Positions 7,068 to 15,535 of a stretch of 64,000 nucleotides of DNA are shown in pieces. The translations under genes were made by a program, and so were the position numbers. Position 1 is the first letter of the stretch; every line of letters starts with the position of its first letter. The notes beneath the pieces were generated by a model. The model saw only the letters and a list, made by a program, of their open reading frames with translations, was not told the DNA's origin and made no database searches. Origin of the DNA: a virus; IMG/VR virus record IMGVR_UViG_3300027913_000404; one strand, written 5' to 3'.

Positions 7068-8267
7068 GTGAGTAACCCTATCCCTAACTGGGCGCTGGAG
7101 AGCAGCGACCCGCGTGTTCAGTACATTATCGAGACGCTCATCGCCAGCGAGAATGCCACTCGCGAGGCTTTCGAGGCCGAGATCTATGCAGGCGCTTGGA
7201 ACCAGGCCTTGTTGATCACTGGCAACGCTTCCCAGGAAGAGGACGGCTTGGCCCTGCGCTGGGCGCAGATGGATGCGAAGCAGGCCAAGATCGCCAAGCG
7301 CGCTGTGTCCGATCACAAGGATATCAAGCGCGCCACGAAACGCCCCCGCATCGGCAAGAAGGACGCTGCTGGCGAGTGGTTGGCCGCTTTGGGCCAGGAC
7401 GATCCCGTCACGCCCGATGATGCGGTGATCTTCGCGTCTGACACCGCCGATCGCGAGGCGTTGTCCGACTTGGTGAGCACCGAGGCCGAGCGTGATGGCG
7501 ATTGGGGCGTTGAGCGCCCCCACGTTGATTGGAAGATGGACGTCATCGGCCAGTTGCTGGCGTGGGCTGGCAAGAGCGACTTGCCCCGCGAGCCGTTGGC
7601 CAATGTGTTGGCAACCATGGAAGCCAGACGCGAGATGCTGTCCGAGAAGCAGATGGCGCTGGCTGATCGGTTGTTGGCAGACTTGGAAGCCGAGCCGACC
7701 TACAGCTTCCGCTGGGCCAACATGCTGCTGCCCAACGGTAAGCGCGAGAGGCGCGAGATCATGACGCGCACCACCAGGATCAACGCCCTGGCCCGTAAGG
7801 CTGATGCGTGCGAGTTCCTGGTGGACGAAGCTCTGGACGAGTACGAAAACGTCCAGGCTGCGTGGGATGAGGAAGCCCACCCGCGCAAGGACACCACCCC
7901 GAAGGTGGAAGTCTCACCCGAGCGCCAGCTGTCCTGGTTGGACTGGGTTGCCAACCAGAAGGCGAAGGGCGGCAAGCCCTGGCTGGAACGCCCCACCTAC
8001 ATCAGCGTGTTGAGCTATGCGTTCGAGACGCAGGCCAAGACGCCCACCGAGGCGCACAATCGCGCCTACAACGCGGATAGCCTGCGCTACGAGAAGAACG
8101 TCCATGGGTTCGATCCCATCAAGGACGAGTTCATCGTCAAGGTGAACAAGGCTGGCGAGATCCGCCGCGTCCCCGCTGCTGATGCGCGCGTGGCGTATCC
8201 GTACCTGCCCGTTGCCGCCAAGCAGAAGCTCAACAGCTTGGCGAAGCAGGCGAAGGGCATTTCGTAG
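7068..8267 (+). CDS. hypothetical protein (399 aa)
   Basis: long ORF, GGAGGTG RBS, stop inside a family-A palindrome. Confidence 0.85.
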   Translation: MSNPIPNWALESSDPRVQYIIETLIASENATREAFEAEIYAGAWNQALLITGNASQEEDGLALRWAQMDAKQAKIAKRAVSDHKDIKRATKRPRIGKKDAAGEWLAALGQDDPVTPDDAVIFASDTADREALSDLVSTEAERDGDWGVERPHVDWKMDVIGQLLAWAGKSDLPREPLANVLATMEARREMLSEKQMALADRLLADLEAEPTYSFRWANMLLPNGKRERREIMTRTTRINALARKADACEFLVDEALDEYENVQAAWDEEAHPRKDTTPKVEVSPERQLSWLDWVANQKAKGGKPWLERPTYISVLSYAFETQAKTPTEAHNRAYNADSLRYEKNVHGFDPIKDEFIVKVNKAGEIRRVPAADARVAYPYLPVAAKQKLNSLAKQAKGIS

Positions 8268-8395
8268 CCGGGCTACGAAATCAGTAGCGGCTAGCGCCGC
8301 AGGAGTAATTAGGCAGGGAAAACGGGTCAAGCTCCCTAATCGCCTGGGTCGCCATAACCTGCCTGATTGCTCTGTCTCTCTTGGCCGTCGAGAGA

Positions 8396-8460
8396 GACAG
8401 AGGGAACCCGACATGCTACGCATCATTCCTTCATCTGGTGCATGTCTGGTTCCTTCTGTC
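8396..8460 (+). ncRNA. hairpin RNA with loop antisense to the parB translation-initiation region
   Basis: about 20-bp stem; loop CATCATTCCTTCATC (8421-8435) identical to + strand 27471-27485. Confidence 0.65.
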
Positions 8461-8554
8461 CCACTCACCGGGGGGCCACCGCCAGCTCGCAGCCCAGCGC
8501 CGACGCTTGCGGTGGTATTCCAAAAACTTACTGTACATTTGTCAATATTGCTAC

Positions 8555-8583
8555 TTGACAAGTGTACAGTTGTGTGGTAGTAT
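8555..8583 (+). promoter_or_regulatory. sigma70-type promoter with an inverted copy of the -35/spacer motif at 8531-8545
   Basis: TTGACA-17-TAGTAT with extended TG. Confidence 0.75.
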
Positions 8584-8627
8584 GTTCTCAGATCGAACGA
8601 ACACACACCCAACAAGGAACCGCAACC

Positions 8628-8819
8628 ATGAAGACCTACACCATCCGCATCGAAGACCACAAGAACGAGAAGTACATCGAGACCGAGGCAATCGGCAAAA
8701 AGGCACTGAGCGCTGTCCTGCACAAGGTCGAGATGAAGAATGAAGCGCTGATGGTGAAGGACGACCGAGACCCTCGAGGGTATCGACACGTAGCTCGTTA
8801 CGGCGTCAAAGTCAGCTAA
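8628..8819 (+). CDS. hypothetical protein
   Basis: AAGGA RBS, ATG 8628. Confidence 0.7.
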   Translation: MKTYTIRIEDHKNEKYIETEAIGKKALSAVLHKVEMKNEALMVKDDRDPRGYRHVARYGVKVS

Positions 8820-8865
8820 CACCCACCCAGCCCGCAGGGATAGCGGGCGAAACAGGAGACAGATC

Positions 8866-9072
8866 ATGGCACGCACAGAAACGCACTACGATGTATTCAA
8901 GAATGTTAGCAATTTTGCAATGCCAGTCGAGCGGGGATTTCAGACGCTCGGCCAAGCCAAGCAGTCAATCATTGACCTGAAGGTATCGAAGCCTGGCGTG
9001 TATTGGGTGCGCAAGACTGTCGTAACTGATTACAGCGCGGAAGATATTGGCATGATTGACGACCAGAGCTAA
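8866..9072 (+). CDS. hypothetical protein
   Basis: AGGAG RBS, 68 aa. Confidence 0.7.
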   Translation: MARTETHYDVFKNVSNFAMPVERGFQTLGQAKQSIIDLKVSKPGVYWVRKTVVTDYSAEDIGMIDDQS

Positions 9073-9232
9073 CCCCCCCACCCGCCACCGGCCCCTCGTC
9101 TATACTGGCAGGATCGCCAGCACACAGGAGCCGGGGCGCACGAACAGCCGCCACGCCGATGCATCACTCGCCAGCAACAGTGTTGGCAGCGACCACGGCG
9201 ACAGGCACGTACAACAAACCGCGCCCCTAATC

Positions 9233-9261
9233 TTGACAATTGTACAGAGACAGGTTATACT
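9233..9261 (+). promoter_or_regulatory. sigma70-type promoter
   Basis: TTGACA-17-TATACT. Confidence 0.8.
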
Positions 9262-9283
9262 GCTGTACATCGAAAGGATAGTC

Positions 9284-9430
9284 ATGAGCGAACTCAGAAC
9301 ATTCATTAAACGACTAGAAGCTGCCGGATGGTATGAGGACTGCCCCAGACAATATGCCTGGTTGTATCGAAAGAAAAGATGGACATGCATCATCGACTTT
9401 CGATATGGAACAACGTTTTACAAATCGTAG
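9284..9430 (+). CDS. hypothetical protein (48 aa)
   Basis: GAAAGGA RBS directly after the promoter; stop inside a family-A palindrome. Confidence 0.65.
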   Translation: MSELRTFIKRLEAAGWYEDCPRQYAWLYRKKRWTCIIDFRYGTTFYKS

Positions 9431-9474
9431 CCGGGCTACGAAGTAGCGGCCCAGGGCCGCAGAAAGCTAGTACC

Positions 9475-9825
9475 ATGAGCGACATTCACACGCCAGTAGA
9501 GATTTCACGGTTTAGCCAGGTTGTCGACTTTCTTATGAGTGACGTGCCGGTACAGGACAACTGGCAGCTAGAAGTTTGGGGGTATGACTGCCAGGGCGAT
9601 ACTGGATCGCTGATCGACGAGTATTTGTATCTTACACATCACGATAACAGAGTTGTGCTCTGTGTTGGGACATACGCGAAACAGGATTTTGTTGAATGGC
9701 GTGTTGATGACATTCGCTTGCGCAAGATGGCAGAAGCACGCAAGGAAGTTGAAAAGAAAGATGCCATTGCGGAAGCACGGCGTGTCCTGCGCATGTATGG
9801 CGCAGGTTTAGAAGATGATGAGTAG
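9475..9825 (+). CDS. hypothetical protein
   Basis: ATG 9475; stop inside a family-B hairpin. Confidence 0.7.
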   Translation: MSDIHTPVEISRFSQVVDFLMSDVPVQDNWQLEVWGYDCQGDTGSLIDEYLYLTHHDNRVVLCVGTYAKQDFVEWRVDDIRLRKMAEARKEVEKKDAIAEARRVLRMYGAGLEDDE

Positions 9826-9848
9826 CGCCTAACGGCGCAGTAATCTTA

Positions 9849-9920
9849 GACTAGGCCAAAGGTGCGACTGCAAAAGGTAACACACCACCACGCAGGCGGG
9901 TTCGACTCCCGCCCTAGTCT
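9849..9920 (+). ncRNA. tRNA-like element (canonical acceptor stem and T-arm, non-canonical D/anticodon region)
   Basis: GACTAGG/CCTAGTC acceptor, GCGGG-TTCGACT-CCCGC T-arm, 72 nt. Confidence 0.55.
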
Positions 9921-10392
9921 CTAGCGGAAAGATCGTCACCATTACACTTAGGGTGAATAGTGCTGAGCGAGCCGCTTAGCTAGTCTGTTCGTGACACCCC
10001 ACGTTCCATGAATTCTCACCCGGACACAGTGAGGATGACGGCAGACCGGCAAACCTAATCCTGCTGATTGCGAACCCTGAACGAATAGTACCGTTTGGCG
10101 ATGACCGGACGGTTGACGGACGAAGGGTAGGCAGCAGGTGAAGTCAGCCATGGGTTACGCAGGAGAAACTCGGCGGCGACTCTGGGCAACGGGCCACAAG
10201 GGCTAGATGCGGCTGGGTGGATGCGTAGAACCGTCGATGACTGGCGAAAGCGGTACAAAGAGCAACCGCCGCCCCGTGGATTTGCTGCACGGGAACCAAT
10301 TCGGAAGGTAGCGACTATCGTCGCATGAGCTTTCAAGCCTTGCAAAGCAAGGCAAAGTCACAGAGAGGCCCGCCAGCGCCTTAGACTGGCAA
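9921..10392 (+). ncRNA. candidate large (about 470 nt) structured non-coding RNA
   Basis: no + strand ORF of 60 aa or more in a gene-dense + region; many nested helices. Confidence 0.6.
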
Positions 10393-10404
10393 GGAGACAT
10401 TCAC

Positions 10405-10821
10405 ATGTATAGCAAGACTATCATCGTCGGTCACATCGGTCGGGATCCTGAGCAGCGTTTCACCCCCAGCGGTAAATCCGTAGTCAACTTCTCCGTCGCA
10501 ACCAACCGCTCGTGGACAGATCAGGACGGGCAGCGCCAGGAAAAGACTACGTGGTTCAAAGCCACTGCCTGGGGCAAACTGGGCGAGTTGTGCGCGCAGT
10601 ATTTAACCAAGGGCCGGCTGGTGCTCGTGGAAGGCGAGATCGATGCCAGTGCGTGGACTGCGCAGGACGGAACGGCACGTGCCACTTTGGAACTGAATGC
10701 CAATAACGTTCGGTTCCTGGGCAGCAATGGTGAGAGCCACGCACTGGACGAAAAGCCCGTCACCAAGGCTAAGCCGCAGGCACTGCCGGACAGCTTCGAG
10801 GACGAGGACATTCCCTTCTAA
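10405..10821 (+). CDS. ssb: single-stranded DNA-binding protein
   Basis: IIVGHIGRDPEQRFTPSG..FSVATN..TTWF..LTKGRLVLVEG; acidic tail EDIPF. Confidence 0.96.
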   Translation: MYSKTIIVGHIGRDPEQRFTPSGKSVVNFSVATNRSWTDQDGQRQEKTTWFKATAWGKLGELCAQYLTKGRLVLVEGEIDASAWTAQDGTARATLELNANNVRFLGSNGESHALDEKPVTKAKPQALPDSFEDEDIPF

Positions 10822-10858
10822 CGACACGACTGGGGTAGGGTGCTGGTGGCCCTACCCC

Positions 10859-10949
10859 GTAACTCCCTGACCAGTGCCAGCGTTTGTGTGCTCCAGGTGC
10901 TCACCTCCCGCCATGTTGAGCTCGGCGCTGGCACTGGTTAGAGAGTTAC
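10859..10949 (+). ncRNA. long hairpin with anti-Shine-Dalgarno TCACCTCC in its apical region
   Basis: 24-bp stem 10859-10882/10926-10949 (1 mismatch, 1 G-U). Confidence 0.5.
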
Positions 10950-11083
10950 AAGCAAAGCAACAAAGTGCTAGTTTTCCGTTTATGAGAACGTCCCTACGTT
11001 GGACGTATCCCCACTGACATTACTCAATCGCACGCCTTCCAACTTCAGGGCGACGCCACGTTTCGTGGCAGAAGGATAGGACG

Positions 11084-11320
11084 ATGGCACAAGTACCACA
11101 AGATTGGTTGAATCAAGATTGGTTGAAGCTGGCTGATGCCGCGCCCGCCATGCTTCAAGTGCTCAAAGGTGTCCAGTTGGCGTATTGGAGTCGTGATGCG
11201 ATAGAAGTCAATGCACATGGTTGGGCTGACGATGTGCAGGCAATCATCATGGAAGTCGATCCCCTTTGGTATGATCAGTTCAATGCGCCATTTCGTAGCC
11301 CGACTACGGAAGGAGAGTAA
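11084..11320 (+). CDS. hypothetical protein
   Basis: 78 aa, AGGA RBS. Confidence 0.7.
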   Translation: MAQVPQDWLNQDWLKLADAAPAMLQVLKGVQLAYWSRDAIEVNAHGWADDVQAIIMEVDPLWYDQFNAPFRSPTTEGE

Positions 11321-11323
11321 GCG

Positions 11324-11497
11324 ATGAGACTCCAAGAAGCGTTTGATATTGTGCTCGACTTGGCCGAGCAGGGCGTGCTTGAAGACGATCAGGTTGATTG
11401 CGCAGAGCTAGAACGCGAACAAAAGCGCCAGCATAGAGCGATGGTTATGGCGCATGAGTATGTTCGTAACAACTTGTGGGCTACGGAAGGAGAGTGA
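11324..11497 (+). CDS. hypothetical protein (57 aa, MRLQEAFD...)
   Basis: AAGGAGAG RBS, ATG 11324, TGA 11495-11497. Confidence 0.65.
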   Translation: MRLQEAFDIVLDLAEQGVLEDDQVDCAELEREQKRQHRAMVMAHEYVRNNLWATEGE

Positions 11498-11499
11498 TC

Positions 11500-11772
11500 A
11501 TGTTGTTAGCTGCTCTTAATAGATACAGGGAAGAGTTGGAAGCTGCTGAATTTGATTTGAAGTGTTGCCAGCGAGAACGTGGTTATAACCTCGCCCGCGC
11601 ACAGGCCGCAGAAAACGTGTTGCGCGAAGCCCTCGCCTGGCTTGAAAACGCCCCTATCAGCTACGCCAATGGTGTTACCCACAACGGTATTGACGAGGGC
11701 GACGTGCGCGGTGGTAAATACCACAATCTGCTGGTGGCGAAGATCAAGCAGGTGCTGGAAAGAGTAAGCTAA
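11500..11772 (+). CDS. hypothetical protein (N-terminus shared with the 14626 gene)
   Basis: AAGGAGAG RBS, ATG 11500. Confidence 0.7.
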   Translation: MLLAALNRYREELEAAEFDLKCCQRERGYNLARAQAAENVLREALAWLENAPISYANGVTHNGIDEGDVRGGKYHNLLVAKIKQVLERVS

Positions 11773-11996
11773 TGGCTCAAATCATCATTGAAGTGCAGGG
11801 CGGCAGTATTTCCAACATCACGCCGGCTGATGCTAACGTGCGCATTGTCGATTGGGACGACTTAAGAGAAATGGGTATCCACTGCCCCACTTGTAAGAGA
11901 TTCAATTATCTCTGCATTAACAAGTATTCCTATCCCGAAAACTGGTTCTTCTGCAGAGCATGTGGAACCAGCTTTGAATTCCCCAAGGAGGATTAG
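11772..11996 (+). CDS. Zn-ribbon protein
   Basis: CPTC and CRAC motifs; translationally coupled. Confidence 0.7.
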   Translation: MAQIIIEVQGGSISNITPADANVRIVDWDDLREMGIHCPTCKRFNYLCINKYSYPENWFFCRACGTSFEFPKED

Positions 11997-13181
11997 ATGA
12001 AAGTACAAATCCAGCAAGATGCACTCAACCGCGGCCTCGCCATTGTAAGCCGTGCCGTCAACCCTCGCAGCACATTGCCAGTGCTGCACAACGTCATGAT
12101 CCAGGCAGAGAGCGGTTTTGATGATAGCAACCTGATCTTGTCTGCTACCAACCTAGAGATCGGCGTGCGTTGCTGGATCGGGGCCAAGGTGGAGGACGAG
12201 GGATCTTGCACCATTCCCGCTAAGTTGTTGAGCGAGTTTGTGGGCGCATTGCCGGCAGGGGATCGCGTCAACCTGAAGCTCAGCGACAAAACGATGATTC
12301 TCAATCTCAAGTGCGCCCGCTACGACACTAACATCAAGGGTATTCCCGCTACCGAGTTTCCCCTGATCCCCGACAATGACGAAGACGGCGCCATCACGAT
12401 GCGTGCTGATCTGCTGCGCAAAATGATCAGCCGGGTGGTCTTTGCTGCGGCCATCGATGAGAGCCGGCCCGCCCTGTTGGGTGTGAAGGTGACGTTTGAC
12501 GGCGCAACAGCAGAGATGGCTGCGACAAATGGCTTCCGTCTTGCCGTTGCAAGCGCGGTGTTGGAAGAGCCGGTAGAGAAGAAGGTGGAAGTTGTCATCC
12601 CCGCCAAGTCCTTGAATGAGTTGAGCCGCATCATCAGCCTGTTGCCCAAGGACATGAACGATACCACGCACATCGTAAGCATCGTCGTCACGCCCAAGGG
12701 CAATCAAGTGATGTTCAAGATGCCTGGCGTGGACATGATCACGCAGGTGTTGGACGTCAACTTCCCCAAGTATGAAGCGATCATCCCCAAGAGCCACACC
12801 ACCAGCGCCGTGGTGGAAACCAAGACGCTGCTGAAGGCACTGCGTGTAAGCAACCTGTTCGCCCGAGATAGTAGCCACATGGTACGTTTCACGGTTGAGC
12901 CGGCGAGCGAAGAAGCACCCGCCAAGATGATTGTCACGTCCACCTCGGCAGAGGCCGGCGACAACATCGCCAGCCTAGATGCTGTTGTTACTGGCCCCGA
13001 AGCCGTGATTGCCTTCAATGGCCGCTACATGCTGGACGTGTTGAGCGCAATCGACGACGCACAGATTACGCTAGAGACAACGCGGCCCAGCGCCCCTGGC
13101 GTTGTGCGTCCGTATGGCGACAGTAGCTACTTGTGCGTCGTCATGCCAATGCACGACAGCAATGCACCAACGAAGAAGTAG
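11997..13181 (+). CDS. dnaN: DNA polymerase III beta sliding clamp
   Basis: STLPVL..ATNLEIG..IPAK..ESRPAL.G..ATNGFRLA..FPKY..IAFNGRY..VVMPM motifs, 394 aa. Confidence 0.97.
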   Translation: MKVQIQQDALNRGLAIVSRAVNPRSTLPVLHNVMIQAESGFDDSNLILSATNLEIGVRCWIGAKVEDEGSCTIPAKLLSEFVGALPAGDRVNLKLSDKTMILNLKCARYDTNIKGIPATEFPLIPDNDEDGAITMRADLLRKMISRVVFAAAIDESRPALLGVKVTFDGATAEMAATNGFRLAVASAVLEEPVEKKVEVVIPAKSLNELSRIISLLPKDMNDTTHIVSIVVTPKGNQVMFKMPGVDMITQVLDVNFPKYEAIIPKSHTTSAVVETKTLLKALRVSNLFARDSSHMVRFTVEPASEEAPAKMIVTSTSAEAGDNIASLDAVVTGPEAVIAFNGRYMLDVLSAIDDAQITLETTRPSAPGVVRPYGDSSYLCVVMPMHDSNAPTKK

Positions 13182-13239
13182 CAATCTCATGGCAGTAGCG
13201 CCCTAATGGGCGCACTGTCATGCGAGAAAGGACAGAGCC

Positions 13240-13931
13240 ATGTACAAAAACGACTTCGAGGATTGGGATGATGAACCGTCCCAATACTGGGCCGAGCTAG
13301 AGGAATGGTACCTAGACGGCGATGAAACCGAAGATTGGGATGACAAAGAACCAGCCCGCCGCAAGCCGCAGGGCTTCAGCCCTGGCGGAGTGTCACTATC
13401 GAGCGGATTGCTCGGTTACCGATGTACATGCAGAATATCGAGTATACGGTGGGCGTCGCCAAGAACAAGGGCAAGCAGTACGTGAGGGTGAAGCTGTACA
13501 AAGGCGCATACGCTAATCGCGCTGGGGTAATCTTTGCAGAAGCCTACATGGATGCCCCCATGCTGGTTGAGAAGGCAGAGTTGGGCATTCCACTAACCAT
13601 CTGGCGGTTCTCAGACCTGCACGACAGTTGGATTGCAGCAGAACACCGGGCAGAATGGCTGAAACACATAGAGTATCCGTGGGCCAACACGATACAGGCA
13701 GTGTTTGAAAAAGTCATTGCCCACAACGATAGTTGGGATGATAAAGATAGCCGACTTGAGCGACAATGGCTGAACCTCGCCAGGGCTGCTGAAGTAGCCA
13801 TGGGCAGAGCCAACAAATTCAAGCCAGTATTGTATTCTACCCATTTCGAGAGCGCGTTGTTGGATTTGTATCCCAACATGCAGGTTAGAACGCAGGTGGG
13901 CGCAGCACAGTATTGGCTGCAAAACCCCTAA
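13240..13931 (+). pseudogene. hypothetical gene probably frameshifted by a 35-nt IS605-end insertion (downstream part 13422-13931 may still be expressed)
   Basis: removing 13362-13396 joins the 13240 frame to the 13422 frame. Confidence 0.5.
13362..13396 (+). mobile_element. orphan IS200/IS605 right-end-like palindromic remnant
   Basis: CAAGCCGCAGGGCTTCAGCCCTGGCGGAGTGTCAC: hairpin plus terminal TCAC. Confidence 0.6.
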
Positions 13932-13948
13932 TTCCCGCGCCCCCCAAC

Positions 13949-13976
13949 TTGACAATTGTATAGACATGAGTATACT
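13949..13976 (+). promoter_or_regulatory. sigma70-type promoter
   Basis: TTGACA-16-TATACT. Confidence 0.75.
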
Positions 13977-14019
13977 ACAGTCTAACAATTGCGAGTGAGT
14001 TTTTACGAAAGGACATACC

Positions 14020-14259
14020 ATGATACCTGAAAACGAGCGTTGGGAAGGGATTGAACTACTAGGATATTGGGCGCTGTTGCTGGGTTTAATAGCTGCTGTG
14101 CTTTTTGCTGCTGCCGGTGTCGTTGAGCTTGGCAAACGCATCTTGGCTGTACTATGGCCGTGGATGCAGACTCACAGTGATCAACTCATAGTTGGCCTTT
14201 TCATAGGCATTTCGATTGCGACAGTAGTCGCATTATGCGTCGAGGAGAAGAAACGATGA
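14020..14259 (+). CDS. small membrane protein (2 TM)
   Basis: GAAAGGA RBS, two hydrophobic segments. Confidence 0.7.
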   Translation: MIPENERWEGIELLGYWALLLGLIAAVLFAAAGVVELGKRILAVLWPWMQTHSDQLIVGLFIGISIATVVALCVEEKKR

Positions 14260-14399
14260 GACTATTTCTCGCACTCGTTTTACTGGTAACGCTGGCCCTG
14301 CCACCAGCACTACCGTCAAGTTGTAAAATATTTGGGAAATATCCCAAGTACGTATGTTTGTGCGGCAAGATAGCACTTCCTCTGCGATGGTGTAAATAA
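14256..14399 (+). CDS. small secreted Cys-containing peptide (47 aa)
   Basis: ATGA overlap, signal-like MRLFLALVLLVTLA, 4 Cys. Confidence 0.55.
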   Translation: MRLFLALVLLVTLALPPALPSSCKIFGKYPKYVCLCGKIALPLRWCK

Positions 14400-14625
14400 C
14401 CCACAAAGAAAGGCTGATGCTCATGGCACGCTCACCGCCCCACTGATGGTTAAATGTTCCTTAATGGTCACAGCGCAATTGGGCGCACTAACACATCAAC
14501 TGGAAAAGAAAGTAGGGATCAAGCCATGTAAACCTAACGGCCAACCCATTGCCCTGGATGGTGCCAGTCAACGCACTGGCTGGCGCCATCCCATTCCGTA
14601 GCCGGGCTACGGAAAGAGAGTGATC

Positions 14626-14961
14626 ATGTTGTTAGCTGCTCTTAATAGATACAGGGAAGAGTTGGAAGCTGCTGAATTTGATTTGAAGTGTTGCCAGCGA
14701 GAACGTGGTTATAACCTTGCCCGCGCCGAGGCCGCCGAAGACCGCGCCGAGGCCGCCGAGCAGAAGTTACGTGAAATCGCACAGTTTACGTTGAAAACCA
14801 ACACTCGCGCCGAGGCCGCCGAGGCCAAGGCAGCAAGGCTTAAGAAAGCCCTGGACAGCCTGTTTGATGCCCACTACGGCATGAGCTATCATCACTGCGG
14901 CGACGGCGACGGCTTGAACCCAGAAGAAGCCGCGGAGATCGTGGCACTGGTCAAGGAGTGA
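14626..14961 (+). CDS. chimeric coiled-coil hypothetical protein
   Basis: 14604-14726 matches 11478-11600; 14719-14826 matches 39128-39235. Confidence 0.75.
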   Translation: MLLAALNRYREELEAAEFDLKCCQRERGYNLARAEAAEDRAEAAEQKLREIAQFTLKTNTRAEAAEAKAARLKKALDSLFDAHYGMSYHHCGDGDGLNPEEAAEIVALVKE

Positions 14962-14965
14962 CCCC

Positions 14966-15262
14966 GTGAAACATCACTACTCAGCCAACGGCCATACCAC
15001 GGTCTGCGGCCATAACATCCGAAAACACTTCAGGCCGTGGGCGTTCCGCACCTGGGGGCCAGTGACCTGCAAACGCTGCCTACGGTACAAGGACGCCATC
15101 GACGTTGAGGAGTTGCAGGACGCCATCGAGGAGCACGGCGAAGAAGCGCTGGCATGTAGCGCGCCAATAGCAGCGGAAGTTGAACGGTTGCAAGTAACCC
15201 TGGACGAAGCGCTCCGCATGTTTGACATGGCGGCTAAAAATGCTGTCGCTCTCTATCGTTAA
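14966..15262 (+). CDS. hypothetical protein with Zn-finger-like N-terminus
   Basis: H..CG..VTCKRC motif, AAGGAG RBS. Confidence 0.65.
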   Translation: MKHHYSANGHTTVCGHNIRKHFRPWAFRTWGPVTCKRCLRYKDAIDVEELQDAIEEHGEEALACSAPIAAEVERLQVTLDEALRMFDMAAKNAVALYR

Positions 15263-15268
15263 GGTGCG

Positions 15269-15535
15269 TTGGACTGGAACAACAAGCTGTTACCACCGGA
15301 TGATAACGTGCTCCTACACGCTGGACTGCAATGCATGTTTGATGAACCATCTCCGGCACGCGACATTGAGTGGCACGATCAGTTGTCAGAATGCCGCCTT
15401 GAAAACGCACGCCTGTGTAAGCAAGTGTCAACACTGCGCAAAGTATTACGCCGCATGGACTGGTTGGAAGCGGGCGATGAAGTATCTGGATCCGATGTGA
15501 TTGCTATGAGAGAAGCGCTTGAGGCAACCGCCTAA
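15269..15535 (+). CDS. hypothetical protein
   Basis: tight operon packing. Confidence 0.6.
   Translation: MDWNNKLLPPDDNVLLHAGLQCMFDEPSPARDIEWHDQLSECRLENARLCKQVSTLRKVLRRMDWLEAGDEVSGSDVIAMREALEATA

Noticed and set aside
8517..8545. Leftward promoter from the inverted TTGACAAATGTACAG
   Set aside because: No acceptable -10 at 16-18 bp; more likely a second operator copy
6936..8876. Long - strand ORFs 6936-7880 and 7914-8876
   Set aside because: Antisense shadows of the 7068-8267 gene and neighbouring structured region; no RBS or motifs
9849..9920. Functional tRNA-Cys
   Set aside because: No canonical D-arm or U8, and the GCA heptamer is not in an anticodon stem at the right position; kept only as tRNA-like
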